64,000 bases of DNA from Mustelus asterias (Eukaryota). Every line of letters begins with the position of its first letter. The stretch's first letter is position 1. The stretch is from assembly GCF_964213995.1 (NCBI RefSeq), contig NC_135830.1:14322001-14386000 (forward strand). The letters run 5' to 3'. Under the pieces are notes generated by a model, which saw only the letters and a list, made by a program, of their open reading frames with translations, was not told the DNA's origin and made no database searches. This document shows positions 38,044 to 50,312 of the stretch, in pieces. The translations under genes and the position numbers were made by a program.

Positions 38044-41000
38044 ATAAGAACATAATAAATAGGAGCAGGAGTAGGCCATCTAGCCCCTCGAACCTGCCCC
38101 CCCATTCAACAAGATCATAGCTGATCTGAAGCGAATCAGTTTCACTTACCCGCCTGCTCCCCATATCCCTTAATTCCCTTATCGATCAGAAATCTATCTA
38201 CCCGTGATTTAAACTTATTCAACGAGGTAGCCTCCACCACTTCAGTGGGCAGAGAATTCCAGAGATTCACTATCCTCTGAGAGAAGAAGTTCCCCCTCAA
38301 CTCTGTTCGGAACCGACCCCCACTTATTTTGAGGCTGTGCCCTCTCGTTCTGGATTCCCTTCCAAGTGGAAAGAATGTCTCTACCTCTACCCTATCCAGC
38401 CCCTTCATTATCTTATAGGTCTCTATAAGATCACCCCTCAGCCTTCTAAACTCCAACGAGTACAGACCCAATCTGTTCAATCTCTCCTCATAAGCTACAC
38501 CCCTCATCTCCGGTATCAACCTGGTGAACCTTTTCTGCACTCCCTCCAAGGCCAATCTATCCTTTCCCAAATAAGGGGACCAAAACTGCACACATTACGC
38601 CAGTTGCGGCCTCACCAGTGCCTTGTATAGTGGCAGCAAGACCTCCCTGCTTTTATATTCTATCCCCCTCGCGATAAAGGCCAACATTCCATTCGCCTTC
38701 TTGATCACCTGCTGCACCTGCAGACTGAGTTTTTGCGATTCGTGCACAAGGACCCCCAGGTCCCTCTGCACAGTAGCATGATGTAATTTTTCTCCATTTA
38801 AATAATATTCCAATTTACTATTATTTCTTCCAAAGTGGATAACCTCACATTTGCCAACGTTATATTCCATCTGCCAGATCCTCGCCCACTCGCTCAGCCT
38901 ATCCAACTCTCTCTGCAGACTTACCGCTTTCCCATTCATCTTCGTGTCATCAGCAAACTTTGATACCCTACACTCAGTCCCCTCCTCCAGATCATCTATG
39001 TAAATGGTAAACATTTGAGGCCCCAGCACCGATCCCTGCGGCACGCCACTCGTCACCAACTGCCAACCAGAAAAGCACCCACTTATTCCAACTCTCTGCT
39101 TCCTGTTAGATAGCCAATCCCCAATCCAAGCCAACACATTACCCCCAACTCCGTGTACCCCAATCTTCTGCAGCAACCTTTTGTGAGGCACCTTATCGAA
39201 TGCCTTCTGGAAATCAAAAAACACCACATCCACTGGTTCCCCTCTGTCAACCGCACGAGTCACATCTACATAAAAATCCAGTAAATTCGTCAAACACGAC
39301 TTTCCCTTCATGAATCCATGCTGCGTCTGCTTGATTGAACCATTCTTATCCAGGTGCTCTGCTATTTCCTCTTTAATGATGGACTCCAGCATCTTCCCAA
39401 CTACGGACGTCGAGCTAACCGGCCTGTAGTTACCCGCCTTTTGTCTACTTCCTTTTTTTAAACGGCGGCATAACAGTAGCTGTTTTCCGATCAGCCGGCA
39501 CTACCCCAGAGTCCAGCGAATTTTGATAAATAACTACTAACGCATCTGCTATTACCTCAGCCATTTCTTTCAGTACCCTGGGATGCATTCCATCCGGGCC
39601 TGGTGACTTGTCTACCTTCAGTCCCATTAGTCTACCAAGCACTACCTCTTTAGTAGCAGTAATCGTATTAAGGACCTCAACTCCCACCATTAAGGACCTC
39701 ACCTCCCTCTCGATCTCTAATATTCGGTAAACTATTTGTGTCTTACACCGTGAAGACCGACACAAAGAACTTATTTAAAGTCTCAGCCGTTTCCTCGTTT
39801 TCCATTATTAAATCCCCTCTCTCGTCCTCCAAGGTTCCAACATTCACTCTAGCCACTCTATTCCTTTTTGTATATTTGTAAAAACTTTTACTGTCATTTT
39901 TTATATTTTGAGCTAGTTTAGTTTCATAATCTATCTTTCCTTTCTTCATCGCTTTCTTAGTCGTTCTTTGTTGTTTTTTTTAAAGTTTTCCCAATCCACT
40001 AATTTGTTTTCATTTTAATACTCTCCTTTATTTCCTTCGTTATCCATGTCTAGTTATCCCTTTTCTTACAGTCCTTCTTTATCACCGGAATATATTTTTG
40101 CTGAGTACTTAAAAAAATCTCCTTAAAAATCCTCCACTGTTCCTCAGCTGTCCTACCTACCAGTCTGCTCGCCCAGTCTACATTAGCCAATTCCGCCCTC
40201 ATCTTATCGTACTCCCCTCTGTTCAAGCAGAGGACACTGGTTTGGGACCCTACTTTCTCACCCTCCATCTGTATCAGAAATTCAACCATATTATGATCAC
40301 TCAACCCAAGAGGATCCCTCGCCAGAAGATCCTTAATTCTACCTGTCTCATTACACAGTACCATGCCTAAGATAACTCGCTCTCTCGTAGGTTCTGTAAC
40401 ATGCTGTTCAATGAAACTATCCCGACAGCATTCTAAGAACTCTTCCTCAAGCACTCCATGTCCAATTTGAGTCGACCAATCAATATGCAGGTTCAAATCC
40501 CCCATGATTATTGCCATTCCGTTTTTGCACGCATCCATTATTTGCTTGTTTGTAGCCCTTCCCACCTCTAAGTTATTATTTGGGGGCCAATAGACCACGC
40601 CTACCAGTGTCTTTTCCCCTCTACTCTTCCTTATCTCCACCCACAACGATTCCACGTTTTGCTCCTTAGAGCCTATGTCGTCTCTCACTACCGTCCTGGT
40701 ATTATCCTTTATTAAAGAGCTACCCCACCTCCTTTTTCTACCTCTCTATCCTTCCTAAATGTCTGATACCCGTGGATATTCAGTTCCCAGTCCCGGTCAC
40801 CATGCAACCACGTTTCTGTGATGGCCACTAGATCATAGTCATTTGTATGGATTTGTGCCATCAAGTCATTTACTTTGTTTCGAATGCTTCGTGCATTCAG
40901 GCAAAGTGTCTTTATGCCAGTCTTTATCTGGACCCGGTTGGTTGAAACGCTACTAACATCTCCCGAGCCCTCTACTCCTTTAACTCGTTGAATGTCCTCA

Positions 41001-41088
41001 ACATTAACCTGCACTTGTACTCTCTCCTTTACCTTCGATTTTGTAATTCCCCTTACCCCTACACCCTCCCCCCGATTTAATAGTTTAA
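38044..41088 (-). mobile_element. CR1 LINE (ORF2 endonuclease + RT) nested in the ERV integrase
   Basis: Minus-strand ORFs [42 protein letters not shown] and KFADDTK, with a few frameshifts and stops. Confidence 0.93.
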
Positions 41089-41255
41089 ATATGGAAACAT
41101 TAAACTCTGCTGAAAGAATATGCTGAAACTAATTGGGAAAATATGTGATATACTCCCATTGCAGGAATGTACAGACAACGACTGACCTCCAAGCAAGCTG
41201 AACGGGTTCGCGGGAAGTTGTATAACGGTCGCGCGGGTTATTAGTAAGAGATAAG

Positions 41256-42678
41256 ATGCTTTTCACGCTGCTTCTCACGACCCTGGCCCTGTCAACCATC
41301 GCGGGAAAGTATAGATGGAATTATGAGGATTTAGGGGTAAAGCACAGTGATCATCTCTGTAATGATGACTCTGTCTATTGTATGAACACCTTTGTGTATA
41401 TGTCTTATCTGTATGCATCACAATCGAATCTGAGCAAGTGCTGGGTCTGTTCACACATTCCCATGCACGGAAGAAAGGGAGGAATTCCTTTATTCCCTAT
41501 CCCTTTATCAGCTCTGGAAATAAAGAATGTATTTTAAATCAGAATGGAACCCAGGAATGGAAAAGGAAACTACATTTAAAACCCCATCGGGTACCACCAT
41601 GCAGGACACGTTTAATATCAGCAACAGTGATGTTGTTTTCGGGCTAGGGGGCGGAGGGTGCACTTTATCGACCTTTAAGAAATATTACCAACCCAGCTAC
41701 GACAGATCAGGATCTCCACCCTACTTCGTTGTGAAAAATCAACAAAGGGGATCTACCTGCCTGACAAGAAATGGAACGATACCTGCTGGCCGTCGCTACT
41801 GTATACAAGAGACTGATATCACGAATGACACTTGGGCCATGGTACAGGTCACAATCCAGTGCCCCACAGCCACCGTCCCGGTTAGTCTCTCCTCCGCTTA
41901 TGTGAGCAGGATGACTGCATATAATGGTACCTATTTTGTCTGTGGAACCAATGCCTATCCATGGCTTCCCTGGAATTGGGCAGGATCATGCTACTTGGCA
42001 TATGTGGTGCCTCATATTCACCATTACACTGACTTACGGGACCACCCCGAGATACACCTGCTTAGGGCTAAGCGAGCCATTAGTGAGACAGAACGGTTCT
42101 TCATGATAGCCTACCCACTTTATGGGACAGAAAAGGCTGCACAGGAACTGATACGGATGGCCTCGACCCCAGAGAGAATTGCAAATGAGACTAAAGATGG
42201 GTTCGAGGAGGTGAGCACGGCCATCTCTGAAATATCAGCAGAGGTCGTAGCTATTCGGACTGTGGCGTTACAGAACCGATTGGCACTCGATTATGTGCTC
42301 GCCTCCCAAGGAGGAACATGTGCTATAGTTGGCTCCGAATGCTGTACGTATGTTCCCGATGCTTCGGAGAATATAACTCGCTTGGCAGATCACATTAAAC
42401 ATGTGGCGAAAACAATGCAGGATGAGGGGAACCAATATCACAATTATAACCCTCCGGGATGGCTGGGGCAATGGTTTGGGTCGTGGTGTGCATAGCTGAT
42501 GCATGGATTGATTGTATTAATTGTAATTGTAATTACCTGCTATGTTTGTATGGCATTGTTGAACACCTGTTGCAAAATAGGAACAGCGCGGATTATGCCG
42601 GGCACAAGTGTACAGGCAGAGGGGGCAGACCACCTGACAAAGGAGGTAGGCCCATTCGCTGATAACATATGGTTCTGA
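41256..42678 (+). pseudogene. env: ERV env, gamma-type, disrupted
   Basis: Signal peptide, CWVC motif, RAKR furin site, and ISD plus CX6CC (LQNRLALDYVLASQGGTCAIVGSECC). Frameshift(s) near 41520-41600 and a TAG at 42493 just before the membrane anchor. Confidence 0.9.
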
Positions 42679-42729
42679 ATTGGTCATGGGGCCATGTTTG
42701 GACCATGTTGTCCGACCAACAGGGGAGAG

Positions 42730-43436
42730 TGAATACGGGAATGGGTTAATGAACTTTGTAACACTGAAGCATTGAGACACGAACTCTGCAATGTTGTGAG
42801 AAATACTGTGGAGCTAATGTTTACGTTAGGGCTCGGTGTTTTCATGTCTGTGGAACTTGTTTTCATGTATCCAAACCAGATAAGAGAGACAGCTGTCCTT
42901 CCTGTTCCCAGCTAATTGCGTATCAGGAATGTGGCTGAGCAGAATTAGCTAAGCAGACTCCATTTTATGTTCCTTTCTATTATGTACCTTTGTTTAACAC
43001 GGTGGAGCTGACATGTATGCCTTCTGTCATTGTATCACAATAGATTCATATGTATTGATTATATGGTATTCATCTATCCTATTTATACTGACATAAATTG
43101 CTATATACGCTCCTGTATCTTAGTTACCTTGTTTATGCAAACTTATAGTCTTGCGTGATGAATAAACAATACACAGGTGGCGACAAAACAGACATTCGCA
43201 GCCTTGAGGATGGCCACGGTTACACGGGAAAGACGGAACTTGCCGAGACAGCAATAATCGTGGGAAGATGAGGACGTGACCAGGGGTGAAAATATATGTA
43301 TTAATGTTTGCTCTTGACCTGAATTCAGTAAGAAGTCTGAGACCGTGTTCGGGAGGACCTCTTCCACAATTGTGCAAATAACCCACTGTACGTTGACTCT
43401 ACAACTAGTCTCAGAGGTATTATTTTACCTACAACA
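42730..43436 (+). repeat. ERV 3' LTR
   Basis: TGAATACGGG...TACAACA followed by TSD CTGTA. Confidence 0.95.
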
Positions 43437-43510
43437 CTGTAGATGTGGGATAACTTTATTTTCAGAGGACGTTTGTTGAGGTACCGCGCCTTGAAATGAA
43501 AGAGTGTGTC

Positions 43511-43541
<31 letters not shown>

Positions 43542-43774
43542 GAAATAAAGAGAGGGTCCAACAGATGGAGATGGCTGGAAGTGGGAGACTCTGTCTGTGT
43601 CCACTCTTGTTAGCTATGTTTTGGTAACACCTCGTGTACAAACAAGCTGGATTTATTGTTCCTATTTCGGTGGAAGCCTAATAACTGCACTTCCTCTTCG
43701 GTTCTGCTTATCACTATAAAGAAGCAAGTCAAGATATATTGCACTATTCTAACCACTGCAAATACAATTTGCAG

Positions 43775-43826
43775 ATGGATCACCCACGAGAGTTAAATGT
43801 TTTCATTCTAGCAGCAATCATCTCAG
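43775..43826 (+). CDS. Probable leader exon (MDHPRELNVFILAAIIS) for the V at 45401
   Basis: Hydrophobic core, phase-1 G|GTGAGT donor and an upstream TATAAA; in phase with the next V exon. Confidence 0.7.
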
Positions 43827-43939
43827 GTGAGTAACACTTCAGATTCGCATTGATTACCTCGCAATAAAAACTTTTATTCTTCCACATTTAATGTTGCTTT
43901 TTGGAGAAAAACTAGAGCAATATTCGCAGTTGTTGAATT

Positions 43940-44235
43940 GGCGGCATTTTGACATAATGTTTAGCATTGCTGCCTCACAGCGCCAGGGACCCGGATTCGA
44001 TTACCGGCTTGGGTCACTGTGCAGAGTCTGCATGTTTCTCCCATGTCTACATGAGTTTCTTCTGGGTGCTCTGGTTTCCTCCTGCAGTCCGAAAGATGTG
44101 CTGATTAGGTGCACTGGCCGTGCTGATCTCTCCCTCAATGTAACCGAACAGGCGCTGGAGTGTGGCGACTCGGGGATTTTTACAGTAACTTAATTGCAGT
44201 GTTAATATAAACCTTGTGACACTGATAAATCAACT
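43940..44235 (+). mobile_element. Diverged HE1/V-SINE in the leader intron
   Basis: CTCACAGCGCCAGGGACCCGG...GGTTTCCTCC...AGTCCGAAAGATGTG. Confidence 0.75.
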
Positions 44236-45400
44236 TAACTGAATTATTCTCATTGATTTCCTTTCAGGAAATTATTTTACATTCTTATATTTAATGTTGA
44301 TCTTACGAGACAAGTGCACAACAATATTACTGGCGACTGATTTTTTTTAATTATTGGGATTTTACAAATAGTTGTTTAAAAGCTTCAGCAGTGAGAAAAG
44401 GCAAACCTATCATAGATATGAACAGTTCACCAAACACATCTTCGACATACCTTCCAGACCCAAAACATCCAGCACTTGGAAGGAAATTTGCTGCTGATGG
44501 ACACGAAAAGCATCGCCTGCAGTATTCCCTCCGATCCACACATATCCATGAAGCTAGAATCACCTTTCTATGACTGTCGCTGTGTTAAAACCATTGGGGA
44601 CACCACCTTCCCTCTGAAAGTACTGTTGAGTGTGCCTTGTGCATCTGCACACGCAGCACTCCAGGAAAACAGTTCCACACTCTCTTCTCAAGGGCGGCAA
44701 ATTAGCATGGGCAGAAATCCTGGCTCAGTCTCGCGACTCTCATATCCCAGGACAGAATAAATCACAGAGTCGTTAGTGTGGGATTTAGGCGAAGCCTTTT
44801 TATTTCCTTAAGTGAATGGTGAGAACGTGGAACTGTTGAACATGGAATATGTGACGTGAACGGTGTTTATGTATTTCAGGGGGCTATCAGGTGGAGAGAA
44901 AGAGTAATAGGCGGCTAATCTCATAGTGTGAGAAGAAGTGGGGTTGGGGTGAATGAACACCAGCAAAAGCCCATGGGCCGAATGGCCTGCTACTGCGTTA
45001 ACAAATTTGAAATGATTCTATCTAATTAAAAACATGGCCTGTTATCAACTCAAATTGCATCCCACGCCTCATTAGGTTTTGGATACATGTTGCAGATATT
45101 GACCTCGCCAGATCTTAAATCTCCAAGTCTCTGGCCAGGCGGCACACCAAGAGGCTGGAGACGCATCACCCTGTGCCTGCAGCACCGCCCTCCAGCTCAG
45201 CTTCGTGCAATGGTACTGATGCACTCACAGGGCAAAATCGCGACTGCTGGCTAACTCCAAGGGCAGCACGATGCCTACAGGCGGAACTGGGGCCGCCCTC
45301 CATTGGGCCCACGATCCTCCCCCTCCCCCGCGCCTCCCCAGTTTCAAATCGACATAGTGCCTGGAACCTCCACTTAATTCTAATTTTCTCTACCCTTCAG

Positions 45401-45720
45401 GTAGCCTGGCTGCATCCGCAGTCATACACCAGCCAGAGGCAGAAGTGATGGTCCAGCAGGGAGCCACCACGACAATCACCTGCTCCTACACAGAGGTGGA
45501 GAGGGCTTGCTTGGTCTGGTACCGGGAACCTCTCCACCCAGCCATGGGAGGGAGTCCCGAGTATATTCTCGTCCGCTGCACCGACGGTTTCAGCGACAGC
45601 GCCACATTTTCCAGGCGTCGCTTTTCCTCCTCCCTGAGCAAAACTTACAGAAGCATCAGTCTGACAGTTGCACCCGTGACAGCTGAGGACTCCAGGAAAT
45701 ACTTCTGCGTCTTAAACACA
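45401..45720 (+). CDS. TCR alpha/delta-type V segment with extra CDR1 and CDR2 cysteines
   Basis: AVIHQPEAEVMVQQGATTTITCSYTEVERACLVWYRE...ILVRCTDG...AEDSRKYFCVLN; open frame with canonical C, W and C. Confidence 0.88.
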
Positions 45721-45759
45721 CACACTGGCATATTCCGGGCAGCAGTCTCTGCATAAACT
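45721..45759 (+). other. 23-RSS
   Basis: CACACTG-23-GCATAAACT. Confidence 0.82.
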
Positions 45760-45849
45760 GCAGGTTCCTCTCCCAGGCAATGGAAGGTCTCGGCATGATG
45801 TGTAGTCCCATTGTCCAATGTCGGTGTTGTAGAATTGCAGCATCAACAC

Positions 45850-46160
45850 AGAGATGGACAGGCAAACAGATGTGAATTAGATTCTTAGACACATCAGCTG
45901 ATTCAGTAACACATAAAACAGATATATGGTCACTGGACAGCTAGCAAGATAGATTGATAGACACAGGAACTGATGCATTAACACACAAGGCAGAAATATG
46001 GTCACCGGACAGTTAGATAGATGTATAGACACACGAACGGATGAATTAACAGAAAACAAATAAATGGTCACTCGATAGTTAAATGGATAGATTCATAGAC
46101 AGAGCTAGACTAACATACAAAACATATACATGGACACGAAGACGTTAGATAGTTTGGAGC
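45850..46160. repeat. Degenerate ~65-70 bp tandem repeat
   Basis: ATGGTCAC...GATAG...TAGACAC recurs about four times. Confidence 0.55.
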
Positions 46161-46324
46161 CACATCAACTGCTGGACGAGCAGGCAAAATGGATACATGG
46201 TGACTAGCTTACTTGAAACTAACTTACAGGTGATGAACATACAAATAAGCAGGAAGGCACAGTGTGATCAGCTCTGAACAACAGATGGATACACGCAGAC
46301 TTTTAGACATGAAGAGAGACTACG

Positions 46325-46760
46325 AAGGATGTGATTACACTAGAGAGGGTGCAGAGGAGACTCACCAGGATGTTTCCTGGGCGAGATCGTTTCAGCTATG
46401 AAGGGAGGCTGGTTAGGCTGGGGTTGTTTTCCTTAAAGCAGAGATGTGGGAGGGACCTGATTGAGGTGTACAGAATTACGAGGGATATCGATATTGTGAC
46501 TAGAAAGGGACATTTCCCCTTAGTTCGGAAGTCAATAACGAGGTGACATAAATTTAAGGTAGGGGGCAGCAGATTTAGTGGGGATTTGGGGTCAAAGCAC
46601 TTTCATCCAATGGGTGGTGGGAATCTGGTACTGACTGCCTGATGAGACGGCGACCCCTCACAACATTTAAGAAGCATTCAGGTGAACACTCGACACGCCG
46701 TAGCATGCAAGTCTACGGACCAAGTGCTGGGAAATTCGACTAGAATAGCTGGGTGTTTGG
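46325..46760 (+). mobile_element. CR1 LINE 3' fragment
   Basis: LERVQRRLTRMFPG...SYEGRLVRLGLFSL. Confidence 0.8.
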
Positions 46761-46900
46761 TGATCCTCAACCACAGTTCTTGCCTGCAGATTGGAATGTC
46801 GCCTTTCGTATCCAGTGGACAGCGGCCAGTGGCAATGTCGGCCAAGGATTTGCGTCGCCTTGACTTTCCCCAGTACAATGCCCATGGATTGAAAACAGGA

Positions 46901-46931
<31 letters not shown>

Positions 46932-47559
46932 CCTGTGTGTGTTAGTATGTGTCTGTGTGCGCGGCGCAGTGAGTTCTGTCAATTATTTGTCACAATCATC
47001 ATGACCATTGACATTGTAATTGATGCCGCTCCCCGCTGCTGCTGTGGATAAATTTAAATCCAAGCTAAGCACAGCTGCTGATCGTTCCGCACAGTTGGAT
47101 ATGAGGCACCTCAGTGACCCTTTTTTCAATGTGGATTGTAACACAAACAGGTTATTTACCAGGCTTGGGTAGGATTGGATTAATGAACGTTGTGTCAGTC
47201 CATCGGCCATCTCGGCCTCTGCACACAGTACAACTGGAACCAATGTGTGTGAGGTCCTCAGCACAAGGACAAGAGTCATTTTGTTTTCACGAAGACTGTT
47301 GCACTTAGTCCCTTAGCATATTGCTGGCGTGATCCGACTGAGTGCCACTATTGCTGAGGGGAAGCGGCGAATCTCGAGGTGCTAGAGACAGGAATCAAAT
47401 TTGCTGCATAAATGAACATTTGTAACATTGAAATGATTCAAGTCTTGGCACTTGCTGCTAATAGAGAAGGCACCATTATTAATGGTTCTAAAGATTGTTA
47501 TTTATTGCAAGTTCTGGTATTGTTCTTGCAAGAATACTATTGTTGTTGCAAAGGGTCAT

Positions 47560-47930
47560 TGGTGTCCTCCCACACCAGTTACTGAAAGCAAGAATGCAGC
47601 GTCAGCAAGTAGTTAGAAAGGCATATGCTATGTTGGCCTTCATTGCAAGGATGTATTCATACAGCTGTATCGGGCCTTGGAGAAACCATACCTGGAGTAT
47701 TGCATGCAGTTTGGTCTCCTTATCTAATAAAGGATATACATACCATAGAGGGATTGCAGCAATGGTTGACCAGACTGGTTCCTGGGAGAGAACGATTGTC
47801 ATATGAGGAAGTGATTGAGTCTACTGGGCCTATGTTCACTGAAATTTAGATGAATGAAAGGGCATCTCACGGAAACGTATAAAAGTCTAAAAGAGCTGGA
47901 CAGCCAGATGCAGGGATGTTGTATTCCCTC
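47560..47930 (+). mobile_element. CR1 LINE fragment
   Basis: QQVVRKAYAMLAFIAR. Confidence 0.75.
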
Positions 47931-48264
47931 TGAAACGATTATTAATAACCCACAAGTGCATAGAACCAATGATCGTGTCTTCAACACACACACACACATC
48001 TGTGACACAGATTGGTGAGTAAAGGATCTTTTCAGTCTGCGATATTCGATGGTGATTCCTGCCCTTTTATGCAAACTTTACAACATGCATGAAATCCATT
48101 CCATTTCTCCTCCTTTTCTTGGCCATGGCCAACAATGTTAATCAGTCTATTGGAGGATTCCATATGCAGAGTGGCTTGACAATTCTCCCAATGCCTCGTG
48201 TGTGTGTGTGTGTTTGTGTTTTCCACTGTGCCTCAACTCAGTGGTGTTAAACCGGCAGGAGTCA

Positions 48265-48561
48265 TCATAGAATCCCTACAGTGCAGAAGTCTGCACCCAG
48301 ATCCACAACCCGCCCTTTCCCCTAACTTCGCCAATCAAACAATCTAAACGTCTTGGGACACTAAGGAGTAATTGAGCATGGCCAATCCACCAAAACTTCA
48401 GACATGTTTGGACTATGGGAGGGAACCGGAGCACCGAGAGGAAACTTACACACACACGGGGAGACCGTGCAAACTCCATATAGTCAGCCAAGGCTGGAAT
48501 CGAAACCTGTTCTGTCGTGTAATGCGGCAGCAGTGTCAACCAATGTGCTACCGTGTCGCCC
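48265..48561 (-). mobile_element. HE1-type SINE
   Basis: Reverse complement of GGGCGACACGGTAGCACA...GGAGTTTGCACGG. Confidence 0.8.
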
Positions 48562-48595
48562 TTCACCATGACTGATGTCTCTCTAACTTTAACAG

Positions 48596-48884
48596 ATGTC
48601 AAGTTGGAAGTATCGCTGACGCAGTCAGAAGCAGAGATGGGGCTCCCAGGGTAGTTCCTGCCCCTAGCCTCCAAAACCAGTTGCTTCGACTTCAGTGGCC
48701 AGTGGCCATATTAGAACCAGAAGAGTACCGGGAAGAGGCAGGACCAGCTAAATATCCAACAGTGAGGAGTCTGAAGGAAGAGTCACTGCTTCCAATGACC
48801 TTACACACAATATATTTGCTTTCGATGTCAGGAGGGTGACAATGGAGGACACCCTGCTTATGTCAGTGCACAGCTAACACAGTG
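48596..48884 (+). pseudogene. IgH-like V pseudogene with residual heptamer
   Basis: DVKLEVSLTQSEAEMGLPG*FLPLASKTSCFDF...GRVTASNDLTHNIFAFDVRRVTMEDT aligns to the V at 49403. It has stops and has lost the Cys/Trp. CACAGTG is at 48878 with no nonamer. Confidence 0.82.
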
Positions 48885-49231
48885 AGGCTAAAGCAACATG
48901 AAATCGGTCACCTAGTGAAACAATATTCCAAATGGTAATGTTAACGGGAACATCAGGAATAGGGTTCAATTCATCGTGAGTAACAGTGAGTCTGTGCAGA
49001 CTTAATTAACAATGAAGATTTGTTGACGCCCATTCTGTATTAAGGTGGGTGTCATCATGTGATGACAGCGTCTTCCATTCCAGGCAGCCAATAGTCGTTG
49101 TCTTGTCAAGGCCTTCCCCCGCCCATTGCACAAATCCTTGTGACTGACGATCAGAATCTAACGATCAGCTTAGTACGTTGTTCAGTGAGTGACTGGAGGT
49201 TCTGTCGGGTGTCTAATTTAACACAGGCTCC

Positions 49232-49283
49232 ATGAGCATGATGCTAGCGATATTTCTCTGTGTGTTCCTTGTCATCTTATCTT
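49232..49283 (+). CDS. Leader exon of the IgH-like V (MSMMLAIFLCVFLVILS)
   Basis: Phase-1 T|GTGAGT donor; splices to give the SCVQS cleavage site typical of shark VH. Confidence 0.9.
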
Positions 49284-49402
49284 GTGAGTAGTTGGATATT
49301 ATCAGAAAATTTGCACAGTTTCTGTTTGACATCAATCATTCCCTGTGCAGTGACACAAACTGGATTCACCTCACCATAATTATTGTTTCTTCTCTTTAGC
49401 AG

Positions 49403-49707
49403 GCGTCCAGTCGGATGTGGTGTTGACCCAGCCAGAGGCAGAAACGGGGGTAGTAGGGCAATCCCTGACCCTAACCTGTAAAACCAGCGGATTTGATATT
49501 GGGAGCTTCATCATGCTCTGGTACCGGCACAGTCCTGAGACGGGACTGGGATGGCTGCTTTGGTACAATAATGAAAATAGCAAGGATTACAATCAGGAGC
49601 TTGGTGGACGATTCATTGCATCCAAGGACCTTTCCAACAACGTATTCGATCTCTCTGTCAGCACGTTAACAATAGCAGACAGCGCGACGTATTACTGTGC
49701 ACAGCAG
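49403..49707 (+). CDS. IgH(M)-like V segment in a TCR locus (TAILV-like)
   Basis: DVVLTQPEAETGVVGQSLTLTCKTSGFDIGSFIMLWYRH...GRFIASKDLSNNVF...DSATYYCAQQ; shark VH framework motifs and an open frame. Confidence 0.9.
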
Positions 49708-49746
49708 CACACTGATATAGATCACATCCAGACTTGTACAAAAACC
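49708..49746 (+). other. 23-RSS
   Basis: CACACTG-23-ACAAAAACC. Confidence 0.92.
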
Positions 49747-50312
49747 CACAAGAGGAATTGCAGCCATTTCCCTGCTTTTCTTTCCATTCATGGGATGCCC
49801 ACGCTTAATTTTCCATGAATTGAATGGTTTCTTAGGTCATTTCAAATGGTGCTTGAGAGTCAACCGCATTGTTGCGTGGATATGCCGTCACATGTAAGCA
49901 AGATCAAGTAAGGAAGGCAGATTTCCTTCCATAAAACGACATTCGTGAATCAGATTATTCTTCACGACAATCGACAATGGTTTCATGGTCATCATTAGAT
50001 CTTTGCTTTCAGATTTTTATTGAATTCAAATTTCAGCATCTGCCTTTGTGGGATTCAAGCCCCATTTGCACAGTAATTATTCCATTGCTCTGTGGTTCTT
50101 ATGTGGAACTTGCTACCACAGGGAGTAACTAAGGCAAATCGCACAGATGCATTTAAGGCGAATCTAGTTAAGCATACGAGGGAGAAGGAAACCTAAAAAT
50201 ATATTGATCGGATTGGATGAAGAGCATTGGAGGAAAGGCCATCCGCGGCAATAATATCAGTATGTTGGAACGACCGAAAGACCAGCGTCTGTGTGTCGAT
50301 TCTATGAGTCGA

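Larger units (their letters stand above)
32836..43436 (+). mobile_element. Defective endogenous retrovirus provirus
   Basis: Two ~708-bp TG...CA LTRs, 5-bp TSD CTGTA, PBS, polypurine tract AACAGGGGAGAG before the 3' LTR, and gag/protease/integrase/env remnants. Confidence 0.95.

Noticed and set aside
41256-42678. Domesticated syncytin-like env
   Set aside because: Frameshift(s) and a premature stop in an otherwise decayed provirus.
47101-47152. Possible decayed leader exon for the pseudo-V at 48596
   Set aside because: Needs a frameshift and has a weak donor; insufficient support.
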